Assembly (NCBI GenBank): GCA_021846125.1
Contig: JAJZCK010000002.1
Span: forward strand, 1-39,709
Direction: 5' to 3'
DNA from: Actinomycetes bacterium
Lineage (GTDB): Bacteria; Actinomycetota; Acidimicrobiia; Acidimicrobiales; Bog-793
Length of the DNA stretch: 39,709 bases
Shown: positions 23,979 to 32,301 of the stretch, piece by piece
Numbering within the stretch: position 1 is the first letter of the stretch
Layout of the letters: each line of letters starts with the position of its first letter
Program-made: the position numbers and the translations under genes
Notes under the pieces: model-generated
What the model was told of the DNA's origin: nothing
What the model saw: only the letters and a program-made list of their open reading frames with translations
Databases searched by the model: none

Positions 23979-25852
23979 GCTCGTGGGATCAGCGGACGGA
24001 CGAGGCTCGTGAGCAGGCCTGCGAACGAGGACCTCGTCGCGGAGCTGCCCGCTCCAGGGTTCGAGTCGAGCGCGTAGCGCGTCGTGCCCGAAGCGTCGAT
24101 GACGTACGCGAGGTCGCTGTGGGCGATCATCGACCCGCCGGGTTCCACCGCGACCTGGATCCCGTACTGGTTCCAGGTGCGCTCGAGAGCCGGGAGCGAG
24201 CCGGTGAGATAGAGCCAGTTGCCGAGGTGCACGAGACCCTCCGCTCGGTCGAACGCCCGCGTGAAGGCGACGCTGCGGTAGAGGGGATTCTCGACGATGG
24301 CGACGATCTCCACTCGGCGGCCCGCTGCACCGAGCATCTGGTCGGCCTCGCGCAGCTCCTGCGCGATCACGGGGCAGTCGCTCGTGCAAACCGGGTCGAG
24401 GAAGGTGACGACCACCACCTTCCCGCGCAGGCTCGCAAGCGACACAGGCTGGTCATACTGGTCGACAAGGCGGAAGGCCGGCGCGGGGAAATCCGTCGAG
24501 TTGGGTGTGCCGTCCGTCGCCTCCGCGAGGATCGGCGAAGCGGTCGAGTCGAGCGAGGCCGCCGCCATCGGCGCAGCGCCGAGCAACGCGACACCGATGG
24601 CACCGAGCGCGGCAAGCGCCCGGAACGCGTATGCGGGCCGTGCCACGATCCGCTCGCGCAGCGACGCTGCCCGGATCGGCACGACGACGGGCGGCGTCTC
24701 CTCGACGCGCAGTGGCAGGCGGTAGGAGGCGAAGTAGCCGCCGACGAGGAGCAGAGCAAGCGGCACCATGCTGTTGGGGTCCGTGCCCACTCCACCGAGG
24801 AAGCCGAGGTCCTCGACGAAGACCCAGTCCGCGAGAAGGAAGAGGACTGCGACGGCGAGAGAGGCCCTCACCACTGGCTCCCTTCCCGACGCCAATCCGG
24901 CGCCGACAGCCGCGAGGAGGAGCACGACGACGAGGTTCACCGCGAAGCCGTGGTCCGAGTCGAAGGATGCGAAGCTCGAGAGCAGGGAGGCGAGGACGTG
25001 CGGCTGCGGGGTCGCCTCCATGCCCCTCACCATGGCGAGGAGGGTACCGACCCGGTGCCCGCCCGAAGCAGCTCCCCGCCAGAAGCCTCGACCGGGCCAG
25101 GCCTGGAGCACGGACATACCGACGAAGAAGGTCCCGCAGGCGGCGAGCGCCCACCGCCCGAGACGCGCCGTCGAGTACGAACGCTCCGGCGCCGCGACGG
25201 CGAGGCCGGCGACGACGTAGAGCAGAGCCGCGCCGGGCGCGCCGAACATCCAGCTCGCCCCGGGAGCGAAGATGCCACCGAAGGCCTCCCCGAAGATCCA
25301 CACGAGGACCCCCCAGCCCGCCGTCACGAGGCCCGCCCCTCTGGACCAGTTTCCTCGCGGTGCGACGAGGAGCCACACGCCGATGCCGACCTGGATCCAG
25401 ACCGTCGCGGCGGCAGAAGTGATCGGATGGCTGCTCCAGATGGTCACCCCCGCGTTCACGAGGTGCTGCACCCACCCCGGCGAGGCAGCGGCTGCCGGCT
25501 GGATGACCTGCGTCGGCAGGCCGAGCGGCATCGCAACCTGCGCCTGGAGGACGCCGTCGAGCACCCAGAGCAAGCCGAATGCCACCCGCAGGAAGCGACG
25601 AGCCGACGGCTCCGGACCGTCGATCACCCCGGTCCCGGACGTGGCTCGCGCGGTCACATCGCCCGTCGCGCCTCGTGCCGCGGTCCCGGCGCCGACGGCT
25701 CGCCGCAGCTGAAGCGCCCGCATCGCGTTCCAGGCCAAGAGGAGAGCGGCGACGATGACCAGGGCCACCAGGCCCTGGTGGAGGAGCGCGGACCGGAAGG
25801 CCGCGACGATCGTCGCGTTGTCTGCCTGCAGCGCCGTTCCCATGCCTGGCAT
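23975..25852 (-). CDS. Fusion protein: large polytopic membrane domain plus C-terminal SCO1/SenC thioredoxin-like copper chaperone domain
   Basis: The C-terminal domain FRLVDQYDQPVSLASLRGKVVVVTFLDPVCTSDCPVIAQEL...MIAHSDLAYVID has the SCO C-x3-C motif and the conserved His. The N-terminal ~420 aa has ~10 TM segments. Confidence 0.8.
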   Translation of the reverse strand: MPGMGTALQADNATIVAAFRSALLHQGLVALVIVAALLLAWNAMRALQLRRAVGAGTAARGATGDVTARATSGTGVIDGPEPSARRFLRVAFGLLWVLDGVLQAQVAMPLGLPTQVIQPAAAASPGWVQHLVNAGVTIWSSHPITSAAATVWIQVGIGVWLLVAPRGNWSRGAGLVTAGWGVLVWIFGEAFGGIFAPGASWMFGAPGAALLYVVAGLAVAAPERSYSTARLGRWALAACGTFFVGMSVLQAWPGRGFWRGAASGGHRVGTLLAMVRGMEATPQPHVLASLLSSFASFDSDHGFAVNLVVVLLLAAVGAGLASGREPVVRASLAVAVLFLLADWVFVEDLGFLGGVGTDPNSMVPLALLLVGGYFASYRLPLRVEETPPVVVPIRAASLRERIVARPAYAFRALAALGAIGVALLGAAPMAAASLDSTASPILAEATDGTPNSTDFPAPAFRLVDQYDQPVSLASLRGKVVVVTFLDPVCTSDCPVIAQELREADQMLGAAGRRVEIVAIVENPLYRSVAFTRAFDRAEGLVHLGNWLYLTGSLPALERTWNQYGIQVAVEPGGSMIAHSDLAYVIDASGTTRYALDSNPGAGSSATRSSFAGLLTSLVRPLIPRA

Positions 25853-26003
25853 CTCGTCCGCGCTCCCCTCCCGGCCGGCCGTCCCTCGGCTCGCCGCACG
25901 GACGCACCGTCCACGTACAGGTAGTGCCCGCGTCGTGCGTGGAAGTTCCCGGGACGGGCCCGAACGTCACCCGCGTGCCGGCCGTGGCGCTACGGTCGCC
26001 ACC

Positions 26004-26540
26004 GTGGACGAGCTGACGGCACTGCTCCTCGACGCGAGAGGCGGCAGCCGCCGCGCGTTCGCCGCCTTCGTCCAGCAGAGCCAGCCGGAGATCTGGCGGC
26101 TCTGCGTGCACCTCGTCGGGACAGGTGACGCAGACGACGCCACCCAGGAGACCTACGTGGCCGCGTGGCGCGCCCTGCCGGCATTCCGCGGCGAGTCCAC
26201 CGCCCGGACCTGGCTTTTCGTGATCGCCCGCCGGAGCGCCGAGCGAGTCGCTCGTCGCAGGCGGCGCTGGCTGGAGGTCGCCGGCCGAGCTCCCGTCCCC
26301 CTGCCGGTACCGGGTCCCGAAGCGCGTTCGGAGCTCGAGGCGCTGCTCGCAGGCCTCGAGCTCGACAGGCGTACTGCCCTCGTCCTCACGCAGCTGCTCG
26401 GACTGTCCTACGCGGAAGCGGCCGAGGTCTGCGGCTGCCCGGTCGGCACGATCCGTTCCCGGGTCGCACGAGCACGCGCCGACCTGCTCGACGCCGGACG
26501 CGATGCTCCAGGAGCAGCCGGCTCCGACGTGCCGGGATGA
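26004..26540 (+). CDS. ECF (group 4) sigma-70 family sigma factor
   Basis: Region 2: FAAFVQQSQPEIWRLCVHLVG..ADDATQETYVAAWRALPAFRGESTARTWLFVIARR. Region 4: RTALVLTQLLGLSYAEAAEVCGCPVGTIRSRVARARADL. GTG at 26004 was chosen so the protein begins just before region 2. The start is uncertain. Confidence 0.8.
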   Translation: MDELTALLLDARGGSRRAFAAFVQQSQPEIWRLCVHLVGTGDADDATQETYVAAWRALPAFRGESTARTWLFVIARRSAERVARRRRRWLEVAGRAPVPLPVPGPEARSELEALLAGLELDRRTALVLTQLLGLSYAEAAEVCGCPVGTIRSRVARARADLLDAGRDAPGAAGSDVPG

Positions 26541-26695
26541 GCATGCCGACGTCTCACGCGACGACGGCCTTGCCCGCACCAGCAACGGCTCGAAGCGCGT
26601 CTGCAAGACGACAAGATCCGGGGGGCAGGAGAACCCGAGGACGGTCTCCCGGAGACGCCTCGACCCGGTAGGGCCTGCACCTGGTGTCGCCTGCG

Positions 26696-29278
26696 TCAGT
26701 ACGTGAAGCGCGCGAGCAGCTTCTGCAGCTCGCCGGTCATGTGCGCGAGATCGCCGGCCGCGCTCGCGGTGCCGCTCGCGGCAGCCGAACTGTGCTCGGC
26801 GACGTCGGCCACGGCGCCGATCGTCATCGCGATCTGCGAGGCACCCGTCGCGGCACCCGACACGTTGCGGGCGATCTCGTTCGTCGTCGCCGTCTGCTGC
26901 TCCACCGCGGACGCGATCGCCGACTGCAGCTCGTTGATGCGGTCGATGATCTCCTTGATCTTGCCGATCGCGTCGACGGCGCCAGCCGTGTCGGACTGGA
27001 TCGCAGCGATCTTGGCCGCTATGTCGTCGGTAGCGGTCGCCGTCTCGCGGGCGAGCTCCTTGACCTCGCCGGCGACGACGGCGAAGCCCTTGCCCGCCTC
27101 CCCAGCTCGAGCGGCCTCGATGGTCGCGTTGAGGGCGAGGAGGTTGGTCTGCTGCGCGATCGTCGTGATGACCTTGATGACCTCGCCGATCTCCGCGGAG
27201 GACTCGCCGAGCTTGGTCACCGTGGCGTTCGTCGTCTCGGCGACGTCGGCCGCCTCGATCGCGACGCGCGCGGCGTCTGCGGAGTTCTTCGCTATCTCAC
27301 GGATCGAGGCCGTGAGCTCGTCCGCTGCCGCAGACACACTCTCGACCTGGCTCGACAGCGTCTCCGACGTTCGAGATGCCAGCTGGGCCTGGGCGGAGGT
27401 CTCGGCCGACCCCGAGGACATCTGCGCGGACGTCGCGAGCAGCTCCTCGGTCGCCGCCGCGAGTCCCCCGGTGTTCGAGCCGATCGTCGCCATCCGCTCG
27501 CGCAGGTCCGCCAGCAGTGTCGCGAGACCGGAGCCCACCTGTCCGATCGCGTCGCTTCCCGACACCGGCACCTCGACCGTAAGGTCGCCTGCGGCCGCGC
27601 TCGAGACGACCGAGAGGATCGTGTCGACCTTCTCGCGCAGCTCTCGCTCGGCGCGGCGGTCCCGCTCCTGCGCGTCCAGACGCGCGACGGCCTGCGACAC
27701 GACCTGCCCCACATGGCGCATCGCGGCGAGGCGCCATGGCGACATCGGACCGGGCGCCGCGACGGCGAAGAAGTCCATGACACCGACGACCGCGCCCGCG
27801 AGCTTGACGGGAACGCACGTGGCGGAGGTCGCGCCCGCCTGCCGTGCCGCAGCGACGCGCGGGCAGTCGAGCAGGTCGGTCTCTCCGTCGACGTGGACGA
27901 GGTCCCGCGTCGACCACGCCCTCCCGCCGAGCCCGCTCCCTTCGACCACCGTCACGGAGCGGCTCGCCTGCTCGAGGAGGCCGCTACCGAGGTTCCCGGA
28001 CTCCGAGGCGAGCACGAGCGCCCGGCCCGAGGAGTCGATCCGCCAGTACGAGCCGTACGCCCAGCCAAACTTGGCCCGCACCGTCTCGAGTGCCCGGGAG
28101 ATGACGGCGTCGACCGAGTCGGCATCGTCGAGAGCACCGAGGACATCGATCACCCCGGTGTTGTCCGCAGCAGACTCCGCCTGGGCGCGGGTCTGCTCGG
28201 CGATCTCGTCCCTCGCGTCGGCTTGCGCGGCGACGGCGGTGTTCAGGGAGCGTGCGAGCGCTCCGAGCTCGTCGTCGGTCGTGACGTCGGCTCGCGCGTC
28301 GAGGTCTCCCGCGGTCACCGACTCGAGCGTCGCGCTGAGCGCCGCGATCGGGCGCGTGATGGAGCGCGTGATCGTGAGCGCGGAGCCGAGGGCGAGGAGC
28401 ACTGCGAACGCACCGAGGGCGACGAGGATGCCCTCCTCGCTGTTCGCCGAGGAGATGGACGCGGCCGTGCCCGCGCTCACCTGACCGGCGAACCGCGTGA
28501 CGAGGTGCTCGAGCGGCGTGGTGACCGTCCCGAACGCGAGCGCGGCGACACCGTTGCCGGCCGCGACGAGGCTCGCCTTCGTCCCGATCCCGAAGTTGGT
28601 GTTGATCGAGCGGGACAAGGCCGCGTAGGCGTCGAACGCCTTGTTGGCCGCCGCGAGGTCGGCACGTTCGACGCTGTCGAGGTTGAGACGGGCGACGACG
28701 GCGCTCTGCGCGTCGTACGCGGCGACACCCTGGCGGAACGACTGCAGATCCCCTGCAGCAGGGCCGTGCGAGGAGTAGTCGAACGCGACCGAGTTCTCCG
28801 CGACGGCGACACCGACCGAGTCGAGCTGGAGCTGCTTGAGCGCCGTCGTCGCCGAGATGTCCGCCTTCGCCGCCGTCGCGTTCGAGCGGGCGGTCGACGC
28901 CGCGGCGACACCGAGGCCGAGGACGACCACGACGAGCGCCGTCACGAGCGTGTAGCTCGCGGACAGCTTCGTGCGGACCTGGAGGCGGTGGAGCGCGAGG
29001 GGACGGCGCCCGGCCCGGGATGAGCCACGCCTGCCCGAGCCCGAGTCGGCCGAGCCCGAGCGGGCGGACCCACGGCCGGCGCCGCGCGCAGTCGGGGCGG
29101 ACGCGGTGCCGTCGCTCTCGGTCGCGTCGCCGCCGGCGCGTCGGGCCGAGGGCCCGCCCACGGCGCGATCGCCGCCGGCGCGAAAGCTCGCCCCGACCTT
29201 GTAGGGCGCTGGGCCCGCGAGGGTCGACCTGCCGTTCGCCGCGGCCTGACCGGCTCCGTTTTCCCTGTCCAACTCCAT
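26696..29278 (-). CDS. Methyl-accepting chemotaxis protein: RG-rich N-terminal extension, TM, 4-helix-type sensor, TM, HAMP, GAF, HAMP-like, MCP signalling domain
   Basis: - ATG at 29278 follows AGGAGAGG.
- Signalling hairpin: [35 protein letters not shown].
- HAMP: [40 protein letters not shown].
- GAF-like segment: [26 protein letters not shown]...[20 protein letters not shown]. Confidence 0.9.
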   Translation of the reverse strand: MELDRENGAGQAAANGRSTLAGPAPYKVGASFRAGGDRAVGGPSARRAGGDATESDGTASAPTARGAGRGSARSGSADSGSGRRGSSRAGRRPLALHRLQVRTKLSASYTLVTALVVVVLGLGVAAASTARSNATAAKADISATTALKQLQLDSVGVAVAENSVAFDYSSHGPAAGDLQSFRQGVAAYDAQSAVVARLNLDSVERADLAAANKAFDAYAALSRSINTNFGIGTKASLVAAGNGVAALAFGTVTTPLEHLVTRFAGQVSAGTAASISSANSEEGILVALGAFAVLLALGSALTITRSITRPIAALSATLESVTAGDLDARADVTTDDELGALARSLNTAVAAQADARDEIAEQTRAQAESAADNTGVIDVLGALDDADSVDAVISRALETVRAKFGWAYGSYWRIDSSGRALVLASESGNLGSGLLEQASRSVTVVEGSGLGGRAWSTRDLVHVDGETDLLDCPRVAAARQAGATSATCVPVKLAGAVVGVMDFFAVAAPGPMSPWRLAAMRHVGQVVSQAVARLDAQERDRRAERELREKVDTILSVVSSAAAGDLTVEVPVSGSDAIGQVGSGLATLLADLRERMATIGSNTGGLAAATEELLATSAQMSSGSAETSAQAQLASRTSETLSSQVESVSAAADELTASIREIAKNSADAARVAIEAADVAETTNATVTKLGESSAEIGEVIKVITTIAQQTNLLALNATIEAARAGEAGKGFAVVAGEVKELARETATATDDIAAKIAAIQSDTAGAVDAIGKIKEIIDRINELQSAIASAVEQQTATTNEIARNVSGAATGASQIAMTIGAVADVAEHSSAAASGTASAAGDLAHMTGELQKLLARFTY

Positions 29279-29419
29279 CGACCTCTCCTGTCCGCCTTCG
29301 GGCCGTGCGAGCGCGCTCGTGCGACCCGCGGGATCTCAGTGACCAACGGCGCGTGCGGCTCCGAGTTGAGCCTCGCAGCGACGAGCCGTGCTCGAGCGGA
29401 CCCGGCGCGGCGCAGGGGA

Positions 29420-30070
29420 TCAGCGACGGGGCAAGGCGAAGGCTGCGACTGCGACGAAGTCGAGGACCGCTCCGACGACGGTGCACGCGTGGAACACCTC
29501 GTGGTAGCCGAACACCGCCGGCACCGGATCCGGCCGGTGGCACATGTAGACGACCGCTCCCGCCGTGTCGACGACACCGCCCGCGAGGACGAGCACGAAG
29601 CCGGTCGGGCCGAGCCCGCGCCAGAGCTGTGGCACCACCGCGAGGGCGCACCAGCCGACGACGACATACGGAACCGCCACCGCCCAGGTCGGCGCGTCGA
29701 GCCAGAGCTGGCGAACCGCGATCCCACCTGCTGCACCTACCCACACCAGGCACAGCAGGAGCACGAGGGGCCACCCGCGGAGAGCGACCGCGGCGACGGC
29801 GGTGTAGGTGCCGCCGATCCCGACGAAGATCGCCACGTGGTCTGCCCGGTGCATCCGCCGCCTCGCGACTTCCGACCAGTCGACACGGTGGAAGGCTGCG
29901 CTCACGCCGAACAGCACGACGAGCGCCAGCGCGTAGACCGACAGTGCGGCCTGCTCGCCGGGGCTGCGTCCCGCCGACGCGAGGATCGGCCCCGCGACTG
30001 CGGCTGCAGCGAGCGCTCCGACGTGCAACCAGCCGCGGAGCAGCGGCCGGGACGCTTCGGAGGTGCTCAC
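29420..30070 (-). CDS. Hemolysin III / PAQR-family membrane protein
   Basis: LRGWLH...SAAFH...MHRADHVAIFVGIGGTYT...HEVFH motifs with 7 TM segments. The GTG overlaps the upstream stop as GTGA (30067-30070). Confidence 0.8.
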   Translation of the reverse strand: MSTSEASRPLLRGWLHVGALAAAAVAGPILASAGRSPGEQAALSVYALALVVLFGVSAAFHRVDWSEVARRRMHRADHVAIFVGIGGTYTAVAAVALRGWPLVLLLCLVWVGAAGGIAVRQLWLDAPTWAVAVPYVVVGWCALAVVPQLWRGLGPTGFVLVLAGGVVDTAGAVVYMCHRPDPVPAVFGYHEVFHACTVVGAVLDFVAVAAFALPRR

Positions 30071-30468
30071 CGGCTCCGGCGAGAGACCGAGGCGTCTCCC
30101 GACGCGAGCCGCGCGAGGTAGTCGTTGTATGCGGCGAGCTCGGGGTCCTGCTCTTCGAGCATGCGCAACCGCTCGTCGTCGAGGACGGGCACGACGACAC
30201 CGACGGGTTCGCCGGAGACCGTCGTGCGCTGCGCCCGGCGCAGGCCCCGGACGCCCACCGTGTCCGGGTCGTCGTGGACGAGGTTCCACCAGACGACAGC
30301 GCCGAAGACGGCGAAGCACGGCCACTCCACCGAGTAGAGATAGGCGAGGTGGTCGCCCGCGAGCGCGATCGTGACCTGCCACCAAGCGGCGATCGCACAG
30401 CCTGGCACCCAGACCACGACGGCCATGTGGAGCAGCAACGCCCGCCGCGACACCCACCTCCCGCGCAC
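30067..30468 (-). CDS. Small membrane protein of unknown function (2-3 TM segments plus an acidic C-terminal tail)
   Basis: The hydrophobic segments LLLHMAVVVWVPGCAIAAWW and WPCFAVFGAVVWW, good GC3 and translational coupling to the downstream gene support it. No family was recognised. Confidence 0.55.
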   Translation of the reverse strand: MRGRWVSRRALLLHMAVVVWVPGCAIAAWWQVTIALAGDHLAYLYSVEWPCFAVFGAVVWWNLVHDDPDTVGVRGLRRAQRTTVSGEPVGVVVPVLDDERLRMLEEQDPELAAYNDYLARLASGDASVSRRSR

Positions 30469-30492
30469 GCGAAGAGCGTACCGGCGCAGCGA

Positions 30493-30933
30493 TCAGGCCT
30501 GGTGGTCGGCGCGGCCCTCGCTCGCGTCCTCCCGGGCCGCGACGCCAGTGCTCCTCGCTCGCACTTCGGCGACGTCGGCGACGATCTGCGCGACGAGCTC
30601 CTCCGCGGAGGCGAAGCGAAGCTGCCCACGGACGACGTCCCCGACGGCGACGCGCACGCGCTGGCCGTAGAGGTCTCCGTCGAAGTCGAGCAGATGCGCC
30701 TCCAACAGCAGCGCGCCCCTCTCGTAGTAGGTCGGACGACGACCGATCGAGATCGCCGCGACATGGACGGAGCCGTCGGGGAGATCCACCGAGCCCGCAT
30801 AGACTCCGTCGTCGGGCAGCTCGACGAGCTCCTCGGTCTCGACGTTCGCAGTCGGGAAGCCGAGCTGGCGTCCCCGGCCGTCCCCGCGCACGACAGTACC
30901 CTCCACGACCGTGCCATCCACGTCTCGGCGCAT
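30493..30933 (-). CDS. Stand-alone riboflavin kinase domain protein (no FAD synthetase domain)
   Basis: GTVVRGDGRGRQLGFPTANV...AISIGRRPTYY...LEAHLLDFDGDLYGQRVRVAVGDVVRGQLRFASAEELVAQI matches the C-terminal kinase half of RibF. The ORF begins at that domain, and only 27 nt separate it from the MFS gene. Confidence 0.8.
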   Translation of the reverse strand: MRRDVDGTVVEGTVVRGDGRGRQLGFPTANVETEELVELPDDGVYAGSVDLPDGSVHVAAISIGRRPTYYERGALLLEAHLLDFDGDLYGQRVRVAVGDVVRGQLRFASAEELVAQIVADVAEVRARSTGVAAREDASEGRADHQA

Positions 30934-30960
30934 CGCGGCGACCTTACCAGCGGCCCCGGA

Positions 30961-32265
30961 TCAGCCCGGGCGTGCGGCGCCCACCCGTGCTGCGATCCCC
31001 GAGACCTCCCCCGGAAGGGCGCGCCACGCCCAGGCTACGCCGGCGCACGAGACGACCACGGCGACGGCGACGGCGGCGAACGGCACGACCGGGTCGATCC
31101 CGAACAGCGCTCCGCTGCCGGCCGCCGCGAGCGCCGTGGCAGCCGTCCGAGCCGTCTCCACGCTCCCCTGGGCCGCGCCTTGCGACCGGGCCGGGACCGT
31201 CCTCGTGAGCACGAGCACGGCAGCCGGGGTACCCACCACCGAGCCGACCGCCTCGAACGAGCAGAACGCGAGGAGGAGCACGACCGAGTGCAGCAGCGGG
31301 TAGACAGCACAAAAGACAGCGGAGCAGCCCAGCGAGCCGATCACGAGCAACCTGCGGTCCGCCCGGCTCGCAAGCCACCCGGCAGGCACGGAGAGCACGG
31401 CGAAGGGCAGCGCGAACAGCGTCCAGGAGAGCCCGACGTCGAACGAGGTCGCATGACGCAAGGTCATGAGCAGCGTCCAGCACGCCTCGTAGGCACCCGC
31501 GAGCAGCCCGGTGGCGGCGAAGACGACGAGCACGCCCGTGAAGGCGGGGCTCGGTCGGAACCGCCTCCCTTCGGCGAGGTGCCCGAGCCCGGCAGGTGCA
31601 CCGCTCGCGAGCATCTCCAGCTCGAGCCCTTCGAGCCCGCCCGACGGCAGGCCGCCGAGGGGCGGCGCGACCCTCGGCACCCCGACCCTCGGCACCACGG
31701 CGAGGACCGGGAGCGCGGCCGCGACCGACGCCACGGCTGCGGCGAGGAACAGCAGGTCCATCCGCTGCTCGCCGGCGATGCTCCCGACGAGGGGCCCGAC
31801 CGCGAGCGCGAGCATCTGGCTCCCGTAGAGCGCGCCGAACGCCGCTCCACGCTCCGCCGGGTCGACCTCTGTCCCGATCGTCGCAGCGGACGCGACCGTC
31901 ACCGATCCCGCTCCGACGCCTTGCAGGGCCCGGAACGCTATGGCGGGGAACGCACCCGTGAGGACCGCGAAGCCCACGCTCCCTGCGGCGAACACGAGGA
32001 GCCCACCGAGCACGACGGGCCGGCGGCCGACCCGGTCCGAGAGCCGGCCCACCGGGTACTGGGTCACGACGCTCGCTGCGAAGTACGACGCCATGACGAT
32101 GCCGACGATCGCCGGGTCCGAGCCGTGACGACGCAGGTAGGTCGGCAACATCGGCAAGATCGCGCTGCCGCCGACCCAGAGCAGGATCGTGGCAGCCGAG
32201 AGCGACAAGACGAGGCGGCGCGACTGGCGCGACGCAGGGAGCCCGAAAAGGTGGCGGCGGCTCAC
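30961..32265 (-). CDS. MFS transporter
   Basis: 12 TM segments. MFS loop 2-3 motif GRLSDRVGRRPV. It was chosen over the overlapping Arg-rich ORF 30944..32350. Confidence 0.85.
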   Translation of the reverse strand: MSRRHLFGLPASRQSRRLVLSLSAATILLWVGGSAILPMLPTYLRRHGSDPAIVGIVMASYFAASVVTQYPVGRLSDRVGRRPVVLGGLLVFAAGSVGFAVLTGAFPAIAFRALQGVGAGSVTVASAATIGTEVDPAERGAAFGALYGSQMLALAVGPLVGSIAGEQRMDLLFLAAAVASVAAALPVLAVVPRVGVPRVAPPLGGLPSGGLEGLELEMLASGAPAGLGHLAEGRRFRPSPAFTGVLVVFAATGLLAGAYEACWTLLMTLRHATSFDVGLSWTLFALPFAVLSVPAGWLASRADRRLLVIGSLGCSAVFCAVYPLLHSVVLLLAFCSFEAVGSVVGTPAAVLVLTRTVPARSQGAAQGSVETARTAATALAAAGSGALFGIDPVVPFAAVAVAVVVSCAGVAWAWRALPGEVSGIAARVGAARPG

Positions 32266-32301
32266 CGGGAAAGGCTAGCGCCGCCCCGATACCTGCCAGG
32301 T

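Noticed and set aside
25853-26003. ECF-type promoter elements: GGGAAC on the minus strand at 25945-25950, and GAAC-N17-CGTG on the plus strand ending near 25990.
   Set aside because: The -35-like words exist, but neither has a convincing CGTC-type -10 element at 16-17 nt spacing. This is too weak to annotate without transcription start site data.
26541-26695. A terminator between the convergent ECF sigma and MCP genes.
   Set aside because: Only very short or weak stems are present (for example GTCTC..GAGAC around 26644-26656). Nothing is convincing.
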